Under the pieces are notes generated by a model. The model worked only from the letters and a program-made list of their open reading frames with translations, did no database searches and was not told the DNA's origin. From contig NC_057719.1 in the NCBI RefSeq assembly GCF_004010195.1, positions 10,699,341 through 10,763,340 of the forward strand: a DNA stretch of 64,000 nucleotides, read 5' to 3'. Positions within the stretch are counted from its first letter, which is position 1. The number at the start of each line of letters is the position of its first letter. Position numbers and translations under genes: made by a program. This stretch comes from Chiloscyllium plagiosum. Taxonomy: Eukaryota. Of this stretch, positions 48,251 through 59,960 are shown piece after piece.

Positions 48251-49597
48251 TTTTAAAAAAAATTATAATGTTGGGTATTCCCTTGGCAGTTTCAATCTTC
48301 TGTTATTATCATTGGTGAATTTTGTGGAACTTTGGCTCGAATCGATGCAGACCTTGGGAAGTAGGCTGTTGGTAAGCTTGGCCTTATATTGAACATTCCC
48401 CAAACCATATACAGAGCAAGGCTCCGCATGAGGCTTCACAAAGAACCATCTCTCACTCATTTGCATAGTTGCTGTGTGATCTTACATCATTGATGATGTA
48501 CATTGCCTTATCTAAATAATGAATATCAACACTTTTCATTACAAATCCCAATATCATGTTTCCAGGCCCATAAGGCCTTTCCACAGACTGTATATTGCTA
48601 GTTAGATCCATTCACCATTAACCTACAGCTTCTATTGCCCTTAGCAGGACATAACTACAGAAGGACTTGTTGACGAACTGTTTAATTCAGCACAAAGACA
48701 GCAGAGTAAAATGTCAGGTTAATTTTGGCCACTTAGATGGGTCAGAGAAGACTACCCAGATTATTTCTCTCCTAAACTTCGGATTTGTAATGAAAAGTGT
48801 TGATATTTGGAGGGTCGGTGTGGACTTGTTGGGCCAAAGAGTCTGTTTCTGCACTGTAAATAACCTAATCTAATCAAACGGGCCTGTGTTATTCCTTGCC
48901 CAATATAGATTTGGAGGGCATTTATTCCAACACACAGAGTATCACAGTTATGTGGGATGGGATAAGCAGATTAGAGGGTTTTGACACCATTGTCTATACG
49001 TTTATATGACCTATTGTTGAGGCACATCTAGTCACTATTCAATATCGGACAGGCACAAACAGTGATGGTAATACTAGCTATAATCAGAATCACTCACCTG
49101 GGTGCGAGCCATGAAGTGGTATTGCATAGCAGCATCATGAGGGCTTGTTCCAATGTTTACATATAAACTTATATCTTCACATCAGGATCTGGTTTCCCTT
49201 CAGTTTTGCTCTTCACCTTATGGTCTACTTCGTCTTTCAGCATTTTGTTTTTCAAACATTCTCAGTACATGAGCATGTTTGGTCGAACTAGTGGTTATTG
49301 CCCTGTTTCTAATTGCCCTAAAAGCATGCAGTGACCTGTTTTCTTAAAACACTGCCATCCATGGCAGTTCCTTTAGAGTGCCTTGCTCTGACTCAGTGTC
49401 TTTACAACTGATTATTCAACGTCAACTATGTACATGACCAGGATACGCCAATCTAATTTCTTCTTTGCAATGACAGTCTGATTCACTCTTTCTGACATTT
49501 TCCAGCCTGAATTCAAATTCTTGAGTGGCGATTCCAGGTCCGGTTCATTCAATTATTATTCCCTCGTCATCAGCTTCCCAGAAAATTGATCTATCTG

Positions 49598-50270
49598 AGT
49601 CATTGAGTTATATAGCACGGAAACAGACCCTTCGGTCCAACTCATCAACTCCTTGCTGACTAGATTTCCTGAAGTGATCTAGTCCCATTTGCAAGCATTT
49701 GGTCCATATCCCTCTAAACCCTTCCTATTCATATACCCATTCAGATGCCTCTTAAATCTTGTAATTGTACCACCCTCCACCACTTCCTCCCACAACTCAT
49801 TCCATACACACACCACCCTCTGCATGAAAAAGTTGCCCCTAAGGTCCCTTTTAAATCTTTCCCCTCTCACCTTAAGCCTATATCCTTTGGTTTTGTCCTC
49901 CCTTACCCTGTAGAAAAGACCTTGACTATTCACCCTATCCATGCCCCTCATCATTTTATAAACGTCCATAGAGTTACCCCTCAGCCTCCAACACTCCAGG
50001 GAAAACAGCCCCAGCCTATTCAGCCTCTCCCTATAGCTCAAACCCTCCAATCCTGGCAATCTCTTTGTTTGGCCACATTCCTCAATATACTAACATTAAC
50101 TATATACGTTCTGCCCTGATTTGCTTTCCCAAAATGCAACACCTCACATTTATCTAAATTAAACTCAATCTGCCACTCCTCAGCCCATTGGCCCATCTAA
50201 TCAATATCTCATTGTACTTTGAGGTAACCTTCTTCACTGTCACTACGCCTCCAATTTTGGTGTCATTTTG
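49598..50270 (-). mobile_element. CR1 LINE 3' fragment
   Basis: PGLEGLSYRERLNRLGLFSLE..QRVVCVWNEL. Confidence 0.92.
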
Positions 50271-51857
50271 AATTCTTTCACATTCTAAGACCAGATACTG
50301 AGAGTTGGCTTAAGATCATAGGAATACAACAGCTCATTGATTCTTACCCACGCGTGAATCCAAATCACAGCAATGTGACTTGCTACAGAAAGCAGTCAAA
50401 ACCAAAAGGTTGAATGTTTTCAAGAAGGAATTGGATATATATTTTTAGAGCCACAGGGTTCAAAGGGCATGGGGATAAAGTGGGAAGAGAATACTGAGTT
50501 GGCTGTTCAGGAATGATCAGACTGAACGATATAGCAGGCTCAAAGGCCTATCCTTGCTCTTAGTTTCTATGTTTCTATATTCTCTTGAAAATGACCAAGC
50601 AAACTGCTCACCAAGGGCAGTTACAACCAAACTGGCTTTGCCAGCAACCTCCATTTCCCTTCACATACTCTGCCCTAAAAGGGTATTGGTGACCAGAGGC
50701 CACTACATGTTGGTTGATGATTTTGCTTGTCGATGACTTGGTTTTGGTCTCTGTGGACTTTTACTGACCAGGAGAGTTTCCGACTGCACCTACCAGTGGC
50801 ATTTTTGAAAGGATTTGCAGGTTGGCAATCAATTGAGCTGCCCACATTATCACAGAAGTACCGCAATGCAGAAAGAGGCCATTGAGCCCATCATGTCTGC
50901 ACTGGGTGTATTACATAGTGCCATTCTCTTGCCTTTTCCATATCCTGTATGCTATTGCTATCCAAATACCCATCCATTGCTCTCTTGAATTCCTATGAGT
51001 TCACCTTCCATGGCCATCAAGTCCCAGAGTGGGATGTGAGCCCAGAGTTTCTAGCTCAGAGCAGGGGATGCTACCACTGCATCATAAGATCTTCCTCCCA
51101 TCCCCTCAACATGAAGTTCCACACCACTGGTAATTCCCCACAGCCCTGCAAATTCCTCACCTTCATTCAATTCTCTCTCAGAAATTAACTGTGAATCCTG
51201 CTTTGGGTATTATTTCAAGTAGAGCACTACAGGTCATGAACAATCAGTTGTCTCTATGCTGCATCAGGTTGTCTTGTTAATCATCTCCACCCATAGTTCA
51301 GCAGTTGTTCCAAAGAGTCATTGGACGTGGAAATTGACAATTCTTCTCTCTCTGTGGATGCTGCCAAACTTACTGAGTTTGTCCAGCTCCTTCTGCTTTC
51401 ATTTCAGTAGGTACCACCGCATAGATCATATACCCCCGGCTCCCCCCCTTACCATACATCCCCCAAGCCCCCAGCTCCAACAGCCCCCAGATACTTTGGC
51501 GCAAATATATTGAGCTATGAATCGGGGGTCTTGACAATCTATTCAGCTTTAACCCAAACCACACTGCTCACTACTTTGATCAACAGGAGGACAAGACAAT
51601 CAAACACCTTCAGCTAAAGGCTATTGTGAAATTAAATGAAGGCTTCTTCGATTGACCTTAGACAGGGTTTTGAGTTAATCATAGTCTGGTTCACAAGGAA
51701 GGAGAAAGTCAAGGGATTTATATATGCAAGATTCTGAATAGCAGCCAGATAAAAACCAATTTCACACTGTGACAGTTGCCTGAAAGATCATTAATAACAC
51801 AGATATTTGAAACACACTTAATGTATTATGGCATCATTTTCCTCAGTGTTTCTGGCA

Positions 51858-52420
51858 TGTGTATATATGTGTGTGTGAGAGAGAGAAAGACTTCATTCTC
51901 TGTGTGTGTGTGAGAGAGAGAGAGAGCGAGACTTTGTGTCTGCATGTGTGAGAGATTTTGTGTGAGAGTTTGTACGTGTGAGAGAGGGTTTCTGTTTGTG
52001 TACGTGTCTGTGTGAGAGTGTGCATATACGTGAGTGTGTGTGTCTATGTGAGAGAGTCTGGGCATGCGTGACAGAGTGTGTCTGTCAGCATGTGTATGTG
52101 CACGTGTGTGTATAGGTGTGTAGTGTCAATGTCTATGTGTATGAGTGTGTATGTGTAAGTATGTGTGTGATGTGTGTTTGTGCATGTATGCATGTGATTG
52201 TATATGTGTGAGAGGTGAGGGTGCATTTGTGTGTGAGTGTGTGTGTGAGTAATGAGTGTGCAATTGCTTGTGCGTGTGAGCGAGAGTGTGGGGGTGTGGG
52301 GTGTGAGTATGGCTGTGTGTGTGTTTGTGTGTGTATGCGTGAGTGTGTGTTGTGTGTCTTTTTGAGAGTGTGTATGTGATTTTGGTATTGGTGAGGGTGT
52401 GGGTAAGTGCATATGTGAGT
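51858..52420. repeat. Degenerate (GT)/(GA) low-complexity tract
   Basis: Dinucleotide-rich; yields His/Thr-rich spurious ORFs. Confidence 0.9.
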
Positions 52421-52454
52421 ATAAAGAATAAGGAACAGTACAGAATTAAAAAAA

Positions 52455-52675
52455 AACAAAAAGAACTGTGGATGCTGTAAATCAAAAACAACAGAACTTG
52501 TTGGAAAAGCTCAGCTCCTGTGCAGAGGAATCAGATGTAACAGTTCAGATCAGGTGACCCTTCCTCGGAACTGGACCTGAAATGATTTCTCTTCACAGAT
52601 GCTGCCAGACCTACTGAGCACTTCCAGCAACTCCTGTTTTTGTTTCTGATTTACAGCATCCGCAGTTCTTTCAGT
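52455..52675. mobile_element. Penelope-derived hairpin mini-element (another subfamily; also ~57797-57892)
   Basis: AAAGAACTGTGGATGCTGTAAATCA ... TGATTTACAGCATCCGCAGTTCTTT. Confidence 0.75.
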
Positions 52676-52919
52676 TTGCATTCAAAATTCTAGTTGCAGT
52701 CTAATTAGTACCCTGTATAGTTTTAGAAAGACACCCCTATTCCTATACTCCATTTCTTTGAAATAAATGAACATTTCATTGGTCTTCCCTATTACCTGAT
52801 GAACTTATATTCTTTAAAGCAAACTATTCAAAGATATTATTACATGCTTCTGAGGAGGTGGACTTGAACCCAGGCTTCCTTGTAGAGACACTACCATTGT
52901 ACCATAAGAACCCTTCCTG

Positions 52920-53790
52920 ATGAACTTGGATACTAACCTTTGGTGACTCATGTGTGAGGACTCCCAAATTCTTCTGTGCTGCAGCTTTCTGCAGTCTTTG
53001 TCCATTTAAATAATATTCAGCTCCTCTATTCTTTCTACCAAAATGCATGAGCTCACATTTTCCCACATAATGTTCCATCTATCAAGTTGTGGTTCATTCA
53101 CTCAAACTGTTTATACCTCTCTGTAGACTCTTTGCGTCATCCTCACCACATTCCTTCCCGACTATTTTTGTGTCATTTGTAAACTTGGATGGTGGGGAAC
53201 TGCTTGGGTGTTGTTGGAGTTGAGCCCATCCAAACAAGTGGAGAACCTTCCATCACATTCTGGACTTGTGCCTTGGAGATGGTGGACATGCTTTGTGGAC
53301 TCTCAACAGGAATTACTCACATCAGAAATTCGAGCACCTGACCTCCTCTTGTTGCCACAATATTTACATGGCTGGTCCATGTCAGTTTCTGGTCAAAGGC
53401 AACCCCCAGGATGTTGGTGAATGGAGGATTTGGTGATAATAATGCTATTGATTATCAAAGGGCCATTGAATTCTCATTTGTTGGAGATAGTCATTGCCTG
53501 GTGTTTGTATGGTATGAACAAAATCGAATGTTATCCAGGTGTTGTTTCATATGGACTTGGCCTACATAACTGAGGAGTTGTGGATGGTGCTGAATGTTGT
53601 GCAATCATCAGCGAGCATCTTCACTCCTGACAGTGGGAAGGTCTTTGATGAAGCAGCTGAAGATGTTTGGGCCTTGGACATTCCCCTGAGGAGCTCCAGC
53701 AATTATATCCTGCGATAGAAATGATTGACCTTCAACGATGGCAAGCATTTTTTGTACTAGGGATAACTCCAACCAGTGAAGAAGTTGCCC
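52920..53790 (-). mobile_element. CR1 fragment (52920-53190) and LINE family 2 fragment (53200-53790)
   Basis: GKCELMHFGRKN; AGAPQGNVQGPNIFSCFIKDLP. Confidence 0.8.
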
Positions 53791-55009
53791 CGATTTGTTG
53801 AATGTTCTGGTGTTTAGACTTTTGTTCATGTTTGGACCAAGGCTGTACTGTGTTGAATGGGCCCTGGCCACATATTTACAGATCCAAACTGGAGGAGTTT
53901 TGCAGTGGGGAAAGATTGGAAAGCCTAGTGATGTTTCCTTTGGAACAGTGGAGCCTGAGGGAAGAGCTTATTTGGTATATGAAATTATAAGGGGTTTACA
54001 CAGTGTTCAGGATTACTTTAATGCCTATGGCTCAGTAGTCCATGACTAGGAGGCATAGATTGAGGGTAAGTGCCAGGAGGGTGGAGGCAAATCAAGGAGA
54101 AATATTTGGTCACCCAGAAAATGTTGGCGAGTCCACTAGTATTGCAGGCAGAGCATTCCATGCTTTTACTACACTCTGAGTAAAGAACCTACCTCTGACA
54201 TCTGTCCTATATCAATCACCCCTTAATTTAAAGCTATGTCCCCTCATGCTAGCCATCACCATTTGAGGAAAAAGGTTCTTACTATCCACCCGATCTAAAC
54301 CTCTGATCATCTTGTGTGCCTCTATTAAGCCTCTTAACCTTCTTCTTTCTAACAAGACTGCTGCTGATGAGTGAGTGGTCTTTTCCGCAGCTAGGGTCTA
54401 CACTTAGAGTTATAGAGTCATGCAGCATAAAAACAATCAGTCTAATCCACTGTAAAGCCACAAGTCTACCCATCATCTTTGAGGTTAACGTGTTATGGCA
54501 TCAGGAGCAGCGCCGCAGTAAATTGCTTTTCCTTCCCCTACCAGAAGGTGGCACCAGTGTCAATGGGACATAATGTGGAAAAAGAAGGGAGTGTGTGGTT
54601 CACTCATGAGTTGGAAATTTGGCTGCAGCACTACTTCATGGAAGCCTGACAAACTGAGTGTCCATCAGGCTCCCATCTGGTCAGGCATTGAGGACCCCAG
54701 TGTAGAAATCCCACCTCCTGAAAGCTATCGACCAACAGAGGTCATGATATCAATGTCCAATAGTGCCACCAAGAGTGGTGGCTGTGGACACAAAAACATT
54801 GAATGTAAGAGCAGGAGTAGGCCATTGAGCCCCTTCAAGCCTGCTCCACTATTACATACAATCATGGCTGCTCATCCAACTCAATAGCCTGTTCCCACCT
54901 TTTCCCCATATCCTTCAACTGCTTTAACCCCAAAAGCTATATTCAACTCCTTCCTAAAATCATACAGCGTTTTGGCTTTAACCACTTTCTGTGGTAGCGA
55001 ACTCCACAG

Positions 55010-56990
55010 GGACAATGGGTGAATAAGGATATTAAAGTTCTGGTCAAGAATAAAAAAGAATCATATATTAGATATAGACAACTGGGATCAACTGAATCTT
55101 TTGAAGAGTTCAGAGAGTGTAAAGGCATTCTTAGGAAGGAAAACAGGAAGGCAAAGAGGGGATATAAGGTAGTCTTGGCAGATAAGTATAAAGGTAATCC
55201 AAAACGATTCTACAAATACATTCGGAGCAAGAACTAGGGAGTAGGACCACTTAAAGTTCAACAAAGTTGTCTTTGTATTGAACCTCAGGAGATGGGAGAG
55301 ATATTAAATGAATATTTTGTATCAGTTTTCGCTGTGGAGAAAGAAATGGAGGCTAGAGAACTCAGAGAAATAAAATTGGTGATTTGAAAACAGTTCACAT
55401 TACAGAAAAAGAAGTGCTGGAGGTTTTAGAAAATGTAAAGGTAGATAAATTGCCAGGACCTGATCGCATGTATCCCAGGACATTGTGGGAAATTGGGGAG
55501 GAAATTGCAGGGCCCCTAGCAGAGATATTTGTACAATCTATAAACACAGATGAAGTATCAGAGGACTAAAGAGTGGCTAATGTTGTGCAAGTGTTTCAGA
55601 AAAGCTGTAAGGAGAAGCCTGGAAATTGTAGACCTGTGAGTCTGACATCGGTGGTGGGTGACTTGTTGGAAGTGATTCTGAAGGGTAGGATTTATATACA
55701 TTTGGTGAGGCATGGAATGATTAGGGAGAGTCAGCATGGTTTAATGCAAGGGAAATCATGCCTCACAAATTTGATTGAGTTTTTTGAGGAAGTAACCAAA
55801 GGGACTGGTGAGGACAGAGCGGTAGATGTTGCTTACATGGACTTTAGTAAAGATTTTGACAAGGTTCCGCGTAATTAGTAAAGGTAGATCAAATGGGATT
55901 AAAGAAGAGCTTGTCAAATTGGACACAAATTTGGCTTAACAGTAGGAGATAGGGAGTGATGGCAGACGATTGTTTTCGGACTGGAGGCCTATGATCAGCT
56001 GTGTTCTGCAGAGATCAGTTTATCACTGATATAAACAATTTGGATAAGAATTTAGGATGAAAGGCTGGTAAGTTTGCAGATGACACCAAAATTAGTGTTA
56101 TAGTTGACAGTGAAGAAGGTTACCTAAGCTTACAAAGGGATCGTGATCAACTGTGCCAATGAGCTGAGGAGTGACAGATGGTGTTTAATTTGGATAAGGA
56201 TATTGCATTTTGGTAAAACAAACAAGGACAGGACTTATAGAGTTAATGGGAGGGCTCTGGATAGTCATAGAGTCATACAGCAGGGAAACTGACCCTTCAG
56301 AGAGTCCTAGAGGTTCAGGTACATAGTTCTTTGAAAGTTGCATCACAGGTTGACAGGATAATTAAGAAGACAATTAGCACACTTGTGCTCAGACCATTGA
56401 GTGTAGGAGTTGGAACATCATGTTGAAGTTGTACAAAATATTGATCAGGCCACTTCTGGAGTATTATGTCCAGTTCTGGGTTGCCCTGCTGTAGGAAGGA
56501 TAATATTAAACTGGAGAGAGTTCACAAAAGATTTACCAGGATATTCCCGGGACTGGAGGATTTGAGTTATAAAGAAAGGCTGGGACTTTTTTTTCACTGG
56601 AGCTTAGGAGGTTGAGGGCTGACCTCCATAGAAGTTTATGAAATCATGAGGGACATAGATAAAGTGAATAGCAAAGGTCTTTTCCTGAGGCTGGGGAAGT
56701 TCAAAACTAGGGGGCATTTTTTTATGGTGAGAGGAGAAAGGTTTAAGAATATATGAGGGGCATCATTTTCACTCAGAAGGTAGTTTGTAAGTGAAATGAA
56801 CTGCCAGAGGAAGTAATAGATGCAATACAGTTACAAATTTAAAATACATTTGGATAGGGTCATGAATAAGAAAGGTTTGGAGGAATATGGGCCAAACACA
56901 GGTCAGTGGGACTAGTTTAGATTACGAAACTTGGTTGGCCTGGACGAGTTGGGTCTGATTCCATGCTGTATGACTTGATGACTCAATGAC
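55010..56990 (+). mobile_element. CR1 LINE ~2 kb, decayed ORF2 RT to 3' tail
   Basis: GNPKRFYKYIRSK; KLPGPDRMYPR; PGNCRPVSLTSVVG; YMDFSKDFDKVP; KFADDTK. Confidence 0.95.
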
Positions 56991-57469
56991 TATTTGACAT
57001 CCCACATCCAGGAGGTGATTTGTAGTATGGGGCCTCTCCCACCTCCAACTTGAGGATGGGATATTCAGCCAGCAGATTGCTGCTCAGCCTCCTCTTTGAC
57101 ATGGCAAGGCCTGAGTCTTGTGTTTTCTGCTAAGACAGGCTGTTTTGAATTCCTCCCAATGTTTCTGCACCCTCAGGGGGACAGTGAGAAGGAACCATTC
57201 ATCCTTTTTTTCTGAAACAGTGGTTTTACTTTAGCGAGCTGTGTGTCCCTATGTCAAACTCCGTCCCCTAACCACCCACCTCTAACACTTTCCCCGGCAA
57301 CACTCTGACATTGCGCCCCTCTGCTTCACAAATTTGTTGTCACATTTGATCCTGGGACAAGATTCTAATTTTATATTGAACTAATTCTAAGAGAAATCAT
57401 TGCATTTCTGTAACATCATTCGTGTCAATCTCAACTGCAGCAAACATTTATCCACATCTTTGTTATCCT

Positions 57470-58075
57470 TAGACCTGGTTATTCCAACACATTTTTGACT
57501 GACTTCCCAAAGCCTACATCATAAACTCATTCAAAAACTCTGTTCCCCATGTCTTAAATCACAGCAGCTTCCCATTCACCTGTAACTCCTGAATTCACTG
57601 AATTATATCCGCTCCTGGTCAAATTGCATCTTGATGTTAAAGTTCTCATCTTTGTTCGTCCCTCCCTGCATGGCCTTACTGCCACACATATCTATTATCT
57701 CCTCCAAGCCCACAATCTGCCTGAGATATATCAGTGTTCCTCTAATTTGGATCCTGCGTGAATTCTCAACAAAAATTGTTCCACTAAGTAAAGATCGAAA
57801 GAAACTGTGGATGCTGTAAATCAGAAACAAAACAGAAGTTACTGGAAAAGCTCAGCAGATCTGGAAACGTTTTCTCTTCACAGATGCTGCCAATAATTGT
57901 TCCGCCTTTGGTAGCTACGCCTCCAGCTGCCTGGAACCTAACAAAAAGGAATATCCTCTAGTGCCTGCCTTGCCTCTTTGACAATATTATTTTAAACCGT
58001 CTGCTTTTGATCATGGGAGCTGATGTCTTGCCATGTTTTGTTCCCTCATTATCCTGTGAAGCATCTTGGGGTGAT
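57470..58075 (+). mobile_element. L2-type LINE fragment
   Basis: Reverse-complement similarity to 47170-47510; TGTGAAGCATCTTGGG tail. Confidence 0.55.
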
Positions 58076-59165
58076 TATTGTTGTTGGCTGTGACACAATT
58101 TCAGTTAAAAAAACTGATACAGTCTCAGGGCTGTTAGTGGGAGTTTGCTGTGCACAGTTTGGCTGTTGCATTTCCCTTTTGTGAAATGACACTAATTAAC
58201 TCATTGGATTTAATGGGAGATAGCCTAAGTCCACACCACCCAAAACACACTACAGCCTGGACTAGTCCTCCTTTCCCTCACTTGGCCCATTGCTTTGAAT
58301 GTTATGACATTTGAAGTGCTCACTCAATTACCTTTTAAAGGTTTCTCACCTCAACTACCCTCTCAGGCAGCACATTCCAGATCGCACCACCCTCTAGATG
58401 AAAAGGGTTTCCCTCAACCCCCCCCCAAACCTCCTGCCTTACAATATAAAACAATACCCTTTCGTTCGGAGAAAATGAGGACTGCAGATGCTGGAGATCA
58501 GATTCGAGTGTGGTGCTAGAAAAGCACAGCTGGCCAGGCAGCATCCGAGGAACAGGAGAGTCGATGTTTCAGGAATAAGCCTATCCCATTTTGTTGTTGA
58601 CTTGTTTTCTCAGTCCCATACGTCACTGATAAGACAGTTATTTGGCTGCCATCCTGCAGGTGTCCCTTTGCTTTGTTTGGGTCCTCCTACCCCTTTTGAA
58701 ATGGCAAAAGCACATCAATGCTTTACAATACATAGGTATTGTTACAGCAACAGCTACCTTGGAAGAAAGGAGGATTTACTGTTCTCCAGGGTTCTGAAGG
58801 AAAAAGCTGAAAAGATTGTAGAGCCATTGGTGGTAATCTTTCAGGAATCTCTGACGTCAGGGAAAGTCACACAGGACTGGAAAATGACTGATGTAACACC
58901 CCTGTTTAAAAAATAAAGAGGCAGATTAGAGAAGACTATGGCTTGACATTGATAATTAGTAAAATTAAGGATGATTATTCAGGATGAGATTGTGGAATAG
59001 TTGGAAGTGCATGGTAAAATAGGGCTGTGTCATCATTTCTTTGTCAATGGGAAGTCGTGCCTGAAAGAATTCTTTGAGAAGGTAACAAGCAAATTATATC
59101 CCACCTACTTTCTCCCCAGTACCTCGCCCACCCCTCTATTTGTCTTTCAGCCCCCTTGTCCCTCT

Positions 59166-59203
59166 ATATTCCTGATGAAGGGCTTATGCCCGAAACGTTG
59201 ACT
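59166..59203 (+). ncRNA. Minimal type I hammerhead ribozyme motif
   Basis: CUGAUGA(59172-78)-A-GGGC-uuau-GCCC-GAAAC-GUU; ACGU palindromic stem III. Confidence 0.65.
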
Positions 59204-59529
59204 CTGCAGCTCCTCAGATGCTGCCTGACCTGCTGTGCTTTTCCAGCGCCACACTTTTTGACTCTGACTGTCCAACGTTGGCAGTCCTCACTTTCTCCTA
59301 ACAAACAAGTTAGACAAAGGACAGCCAATAGACATGAACTATTTGGATTTCCAAACAACCTTTGACAACGTGCTTCACAGGAGGCTGATGAGTAAGACGC
59401 AAGCCCATTCAGCATGTCATTAAAGACTCAGACCAATTCTTATAGATAAGCCATAGAAAGCATCCTCTTAGATCACATTTGGAATATTGTGAACTGCGCT
59501 AGCCTTGTAGAGAGTCCAGTAGAAGTTTA

Positions 59530-59960
59530 TATATATATATATTAATAGTCGATCTTATGTAAAAATCAACCCCCTATTTATAGCCAAATAATCTGGAATT
59601 TTCTATACTTCTCATGTATAAATTGACCCTCGTTCTTCACAGATGACAGATTAATGTTTATGAGTCAGTGCGCTGACCATCACCTTCCATTCCAGGTTTC
59701 CAGTCTGCTGGTTGGTCTGCTCAGCTCCCGGTCTTCCATCCGTTGGCTATTGAGTTCCGCTCCTGGTTTTCAGAATTACCTTTTTTTTTTTTACTTCATT
59801 AGTTCAGAGGTCAATAGGCCTTCTGCTAATGATGAGGTATGAATTTTGACAGGCATGAATTTCAGCCCCTCAGAAATAGTATCCATGTAATAGTCAACCC
59901 CATAAATTTAACCTTAAAAAGTAATCAAAACAATTTGACTATTTCTTGAGTATATACGGT
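59530..59960. mobile_element. Non-autonomous Tc1/mariner (Tc2/pogo-like) DNA transposon
   Basis: Right end TTGAGTATATACGG+TA; internal repeated TAGTC(G/A)A motifs; interrupts a CR1; left end decayed into (TA)n. Confidence 0.5.

Noticed and set aside
48263..48470. Octamer ATTTGCAT as an immunoglobulin V promoter
   Set aside because: No leader/V exon or heptamer-nonamer RSS nearby
49092..49185. Minus-strand exon ending at a consensus donor CAG|GTGAGT (..DAAMQYHFMARTQ)
   Set aside because: No pyrimidine-rich acceptor before the upstream in-frame stop; peptide unrecognised; no partner exons found
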